From Acidobacteriota bacterium (GTDB taxonomy: Bacteria; Acidobacteriota; Vicinamibacteria; Vicinamibacterales; CAVVIG01): a stretch of DNA of 64,000 bases. Both the position numbers and the translations under genes were made by a program. Shown here piece by piece: positions 60,447 to 64,000 of this stretch. Positions within the stretch are counted from its first letter, which is position 1, and each line of letters begins with the position of its first letter. The DNA lies in the NCBI GenBank assembly GCA_003222395.1, contig QHWB01000040.1, positions 573-64,572 on the forward strand. The letters are read 5' to 3'. Below the pieces are notes generated by a model. The model was not told where the DNA came from and searched no databases. It saw nothing but the letters and a program-made list of their open reading frames with translations.

Positions 60447-61069
60447 CACGCGCCCTTCGCGGCAGGCGCGGGCGCGGCCGCAGGTTTCGCACCGGCCTTG
60501 GCCGGCGCCGGTTTGTCGAGCAGCACGAACGTCGTCGCCGTGCACGTGGCGCTGATCGTCACGTTACCCGTCTGCCGATCCTTGGCTTTGATGTTGACGC
60601 CGCTGACGTTCACGATGCGGGTGAACTTGCCGACGCGATCGTAGAAGGTCGCGAGGTTGTGATACGTGCCTTCGAGCTCCAGCGAGATCGGCCATTCGGC
60701 GTGCAGCTGCTTGGTGACCGTGGCGCCGGGCTTGAACCCCTTGATCGTCAGGCTCGATTGCGATGCGACCGTCTGCATGCGGTTCAGGAGGTCGGCCGCA
60801 TCTTTTTCTTCGGGCAGCACGGCGCGAAGGTTCTCGAGCCGCGCCTCGAGCTCGCCGACCTGCGCGCGGAACTCGGGCAACTTCTTGGCGGTCGTCAGAC
60901 CCTTGGTGATGTCGGCGCGCAGGCCCACCAACTGCTGCTGCCGGCTCTGGAAGTCGGCGCGCACCGGCATCTCGTAGTAGTAGAAAAAAATTCCGCAGCC
61001 ACCCACCGCGAGCGCGACGAACGCGCCGACTTGTGCATACCACGGTAGTTTCGTGAGACTGAGTTGCAT
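60446..61069 (-). CDS. pilO: Type IV pilus assembly protein PilO
   Basis: 207 aa. N-terminal TM, a coiled coil, and a ferredoxin-like C-domain. Position is between pilN and pilP. Confidence 0.8.
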   Translation of the reverse strand: MQLSLTKLPWYAQVGAFVALAVGGCGIFFYYYEMPVRADFQSRQQQLVGLRADITKGLTTAKKLPEFRAQVGELEARLENLRAVLPEEKDAADLLNRMQTVASQSSLTIKGFKPGATVTKQLHAEWPISLELEGTYHNLATFYDRVGKFTRIVNVSGVNIKAKDRQTGNVTISATCTATTFVLLDKPAPAKAGAKPAAAPAPAAKGA

Positions 61070-61108
61070 GTTGCTACTGAGCCGTATCGGGGTATCGCCC
61101 CACGACCT

Positions 61109-61720
61109 TTATCCGCCTGTTTTCGCCCCAGCCACGGTGGCCGCCGGCTTCGGGTCCGGCGTCTGAAACTGCGCTTTGATGCTGAACCTGATCAACTCGC
61201 CCGGAGGCGTCGACATCGATTCGACCTGCGTGTTGATGATCTCGACCGACCGCTTGAAGTAGCCGGACGCTTCGAGGTTCGTGACGAACTCCGACAAGCC
61301 GGTCAGCGTCGAACAGCGTCCGTCGAGTTGCACGCTGTCGCCCGTCTGTTTCAACTCCATCAGCCACAGCATCGGCGGCAGCGCACGGCCGATCTGATCG
61401 AGCATGTGGACGGGACCCGTCTGCCCCTTCCGCAGCTGCTCGATGAGCGTGACGCGCTGCTGCAGCTGCGCCTTGCGCTGCTCGAACTGCTGCACCTGCT
61501 GAATGATCGAATGCAGGCGCGTCGTCTCCTGCTGCGCCGCCGCGATTTCGAGATCGAGCTGCGTCGATTCGTGCGACAGCGCCCAGAACCGCCAGCCGAT
61601 GAACAGCAGCGCGAGCACGAGGATCAGGCTGCAGCCGACGACCAGCTTCTGCCCGGTCTGAAACGCGATCGCCTTTTTCTTCGGCGTGCGCTCGGCGGCG
61701 AGAAGATTGATGCGGATCAT
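61109..61720 (-). CDS. pilN: Type IV pilus assembly protein PilN
   Basis: MIRINLL is the conserved PilN N-terminus that binds PilM. It is followed by a TM and a coiled coil. 203 aa. It overlaps pilM by 4 nt. Confidence 0.85.
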   Translation of the reverse strand: MIRINLLAAERTPKKKAIAFQTGQKLVVGCSLILVLALLFIGWRFWALSHESTQLDLEIAAAQQETTRLHSIIQQVQQFEQRKAQLQQRVTLIEQLRKGQTGPVHMLDQIGRALPPMLWLMELKQTGDSVQLDGRCSTLTGLSEFVTNLEASGYFKRSVEIINTQVESMSTPPGELIRFSIKAQFQTPDPKPAATVAGAKTGG

Positions 61721-62784
61721 CGGTCGCCCGTCTTTCTGAGGGCGAGGCCCACAGCGACCGCGGCCTGCGGCACGAGGTTCGCCGGATCGTCGACGCCGAA
61801 CTTCGACGCTTCGAACGAGATCTTCTTGAACGGATCGAACGACTCGACCGTCGTGCCGAACCGCTCCTGCAGCGCCGCGGCGAACCCCTCGACGCGCGAC
61901 GCGCCGCCGCTCAGCACGATGCGATCGATGCGATCCGACGCCGCCGTCGCCTTGAAGAAGTCGAACGTCTTCTGCACTTCGAGCAGCACGTTCTCGGTCA
62001 TGCTCTGGAGCACAGGCTTGACGTCGTCGAACCCCACGCCGTCGACCGGCTGGCCGCGTTTCAGCTGCTCCGCGCTCTCGAACGGCAGGTTCAGCTCTTT
62101 CTGCACCGCTTCTGTGTAGGAATTGCCGCCGATCGAGATGTCGCGGGTGAACACCGACTGATCGCCGGTCAGGATGTTGATGTTGATCGCGCTCGCGCCG
62201 GCGTTCAGCAGCACGACGACGTGATCCGGTTCGAGACCGTAATTGACCTCGTACGCGTTCTGCAGCGCGAAGGCGTCGACGTCGACGACCACCGCCGTGC
62301 GGCCCGCCTGGGAGATGACGCCGGTGTAATCAGCGATCTTCTCCTTCTTCGCGGCGACGAGGAGCACGTCCATCGTGCCCTGCGAATCGGCGCCGGTGCC
62401 GGCGTTGAGGATCTGGTAATCGAGGTTGACGTCCTGGATGTCGAACGGGATGTACTGCTCCGCCTCCCAGTAGATCGACTCGGAGAGCTCGGCCTCCGTC
62501 ATCACCGGCAGGTTGATCTTCTTGACGATGACCGCGTTGCCCGAGAGCGAGGCGGCGACCTCCTTTGTCTTGAACGCCTTGTTCTCGAACAGACGCTTGA
62601 TCGCGTCGGCGACGGCGGCGGCGTCGATAATCGCGCCGTCGACGATGCTGTCGGGCGGCACCGGTTCGATCGCGAACGCGATGACCCTGTACCCTTTGCC
62701 GGCCGCTCTGAGCTCGACCGCTTTGACGGCGCTCGAGCCGATGTCGAGACCGACGACCGATTTCGATTTGCCTAGACCAAACAC
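61717..62784 (-). CDS. pilM: Type IV pilus assembly ATPase-like protein PilM (actin fold)
   Basis: GTG 62784 (AGGAAA upstream) gives FGLGKSKSVVGLDIGSSAVKAVEL..., IVLSGGAS. 355 aa. Confidence 0.9.
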   Translation of the reverse strand: MFGLGKSKSVVGLDIGSSAVKAVELRAAGKGYRVIAFAIEPVPPDSIVDGAIIDAAAVADAIKRLFENKAFKTKEVAASLSGNAVIVKKINLPVMTEAELSESIYWEAEQYIPFDIQDVNLDYQILNAGTGADSQGTMDVLLVAAKKEKIADYTGVISQAGRTAVVVDVDAFALQNAYEVNYGLEPDHVVVLLNAGASAININILTGDQSVFTRDISIGGNSYTEAVQKELNLPFESAEQLKRGQPVDGVGFDDVKPVLQSMTENVLLEVQKTFDFFKATAASDRIDRIVLSGGASRVEGFAAALQERFGTTVESFDPFKKISFEASKFGVDDPANLVPQAAVAVGLALRKTGDR

Positions 62785-63026
62785 GATAGTTTCCTGGTTG
62801 AAGCGAGTTCGAAGCTCCGCAAAGCGAATACCAAACCTCGTCCGCACGCGCGCGTGCCAAAAACCGGCGGCAATCGCCGAAATCTGCGATCGGTCGCGCG
62901 CGTTCGGCCGAGCGCCGGATTACAGTTTCGTCGCGCGATCACAAATCTGGGTCGGTGCTGCCGCCGAGTCCTTTATCGGCGCAAACTGGCTGGCGCATGA
63001 GTGGACACGCGTGACGGTCGGTTGGC

Positions 63027-63055
63027 TTGACAGTGCCCAGAAAGGCTCGTATGAT
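63027..63055 (+). promoter_or_regulatory. Sigma70-type promoter candidate for rplM-rpsI (TTGACA-17 nt-TATGAT)
   Basis: TTGACA at 63027-63032, exactly 17 nt of spacer, and TATGAT at 63050-63055. About 120 nt of leader follows, with a perfect hairpin CGCGGGC-TCGAG-GCCCGCG (63149-63167) 14 nt before the ATG. Confidence 0.55.
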
Positions 63056-63181
63056 TTGGGTTTACCGTTGCCTGGACCTGTCCGATAGAGGTGAGCGTCC
63101 GGGCAGGAAACCCCTTACATCGGTTATAGGGCACGTTGGGTTCGCGCTCGCGGGCTCGAGGCCCGCGGGTAGACAAAGAAG

Positions 63182-63619
63182 ATGACTACGTTCATGGCCA
63201 GCGCCACGAAGGCGGCGGCCGACAGCCGATGGCACATCATCGACGCCGAGGGGCGGGTGCTCGGCCGGATCGCGACCCTCGCGGCGCGGCTGCTCCAGGG
63301 CAAGCACAAGGCTCAGTACACCCCGTTCGTCGACACCGGGGACCATGTCGTCGTCGTCAACGCCGCGAAGGTGAAGCTCACGGGCCGCAAGGAAGATCAG
63401 AAGATCTACCGTCAGCACAGCGGGTATGAAGGCGGCCTTCGCGAGGAACGCGCGCGCCTCGTGCGGCAGCGCAAACCGGAAAAGCTGGTCGAAGACGCGG
63501 TACACGGCATGCTCCCCAAAACGAAGATGGGCGAGGCGATGTACCGCAAGCTGAAAGTGTACGCCGGTCCGGATCACCCGCACGCGGCGCAGAAACCCTC
63601 CAAGCGCGAGGTCGCGTAA
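63182..63619 (+). CDS. rplM: 50S ribosomal protein L13
   Basis: [55 protein letters not shown]. 145 aa. Confidence 0.97.
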   Translation: MTTFMASATKAAADSRWHIIDAEGRVLGRIATLAARLLQGKHKAQYTPFVDTGDHVVVVNAAKVKLTGRKEDQKIYRQHSGYEGGLREERARLVRQRKPEKLVEDAVHGMLPKTKMGEAMYRKLKVYAGPDHPHAAQKPSKREVA

Positions 63620-63621
63620 TC

Positions 63622-64000
63622 GTGGCAGCAGTTCAGTACTACGGAACGGGTCGACGCAAGACATCCACCGCCCGCGTGTTCCTCCGGCCGGGATCGGGCG
63701 GCATCACGGTCAACCATCGGGCCTTCGACGCGTTCTTCCCGACCGAAGCGCTTCGTACGCAGATCCGGGAGCCGTTGCGGCTCACCGAAACCGTCGACAA
63801 GTTCGACGTGCTCGTCACGGTCGACGGCGGCGGCGTTTCGGGACAGGCGGGCGCCGTGCGACTCGGCATCGCGCGCGCGCTCGTGGAGTACAACGGCGAG
63901 CTGCGGAAGCAGCTCAAGACCGAAGGGCTCCTGACGCGCGACGCGCGCGCCAAGGAGCGCAAGAAGTACGGGATGGCGGGAGCGCGGAAGCGCTTCCAGT
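63622..64000 (+). CDS. rpsI: 30S ribosomal protein S9 (3' end truncated by the window edge)
   Basis: Hand translation from GTG 63622 gives [30 protein letters not shown]...[19 protein letters not shown]...[11 protein letters not shown], running off the window. Confidence 0.93.
   Translation, partial: MAAVQYYGTGRRKTSTARVFLRPGSGGITVNHRAFDAFFPTEALRTQIREPLRLTETVDKFDVLVTVDGGGVSGQAGAVRLGIARALVEYNGELRKQLKTEGLLTRDARAKERKKYGMAGARKRFQ

Overview
High-GC (~67%) gene-dense chromosomal segment, probably from an Acidobacteriota genome. The taxon call rests on a PadR regulator coupled to an ADOP-type permease remnant, b558-type sdhCAB, korAB and many 1-4 nt start/stop overlaps. I call about 60 protein genes. 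I see no rRNA, tRNA, CRISPR, transposase or integrase. Most long ORFs in the track that lie antisense to these genes are GC-driven shadows. Content from left to right: (1) a 1699-aa secreted haem peroxidase-RTX-PASTA fusion, followed by a LuxR regulator with a degenerate receiver and a small secreted protein. (2) TCA-cycle genes korAB, sucCD, sdhCAB, and later mdh and icd. (3) An ~11.5 kb minus-strand K+ homeostasis cluster: c-di-AMP (ydaO/kimA-class) riboswitch, kimA, the kinase half of kdpD, kdpE, a USP-like ORF, a porin, an unannotated 30-codon TM micro-ORF, kdpFABC, and the N-terminal half of kdpD. (4) Signalling and secreted genes: CheY-like regulator, methyltransferase, PadR, S8 protease, hybrid histidine kinase. 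(5) cytochrome c and serA. (6) A Kdo/LPS cluster: kdsB, pyrG, kdsA, kdsD, kdsC, lapB. (7) coaE, folD, an RCK channel with a degenerate selectivity filter, and an amino-acid permease. (8) One long minus-strand string: pilMNOPQ, two lipoproteins, a TPR protein, pepP, accBC, thiE. (9) rplM and rpsI. The most notable non-genic signal is a set of short-period tandem arrays (7, 8, 9 and 21 nt) and a REP-like palindromic element confined to short spacers inside operons. Two of the heptamer arrays form canonical G3N4 G-quadruplex motifs on the template strand. All domain calls come from motif recognition by eye and recall, with no searches run.
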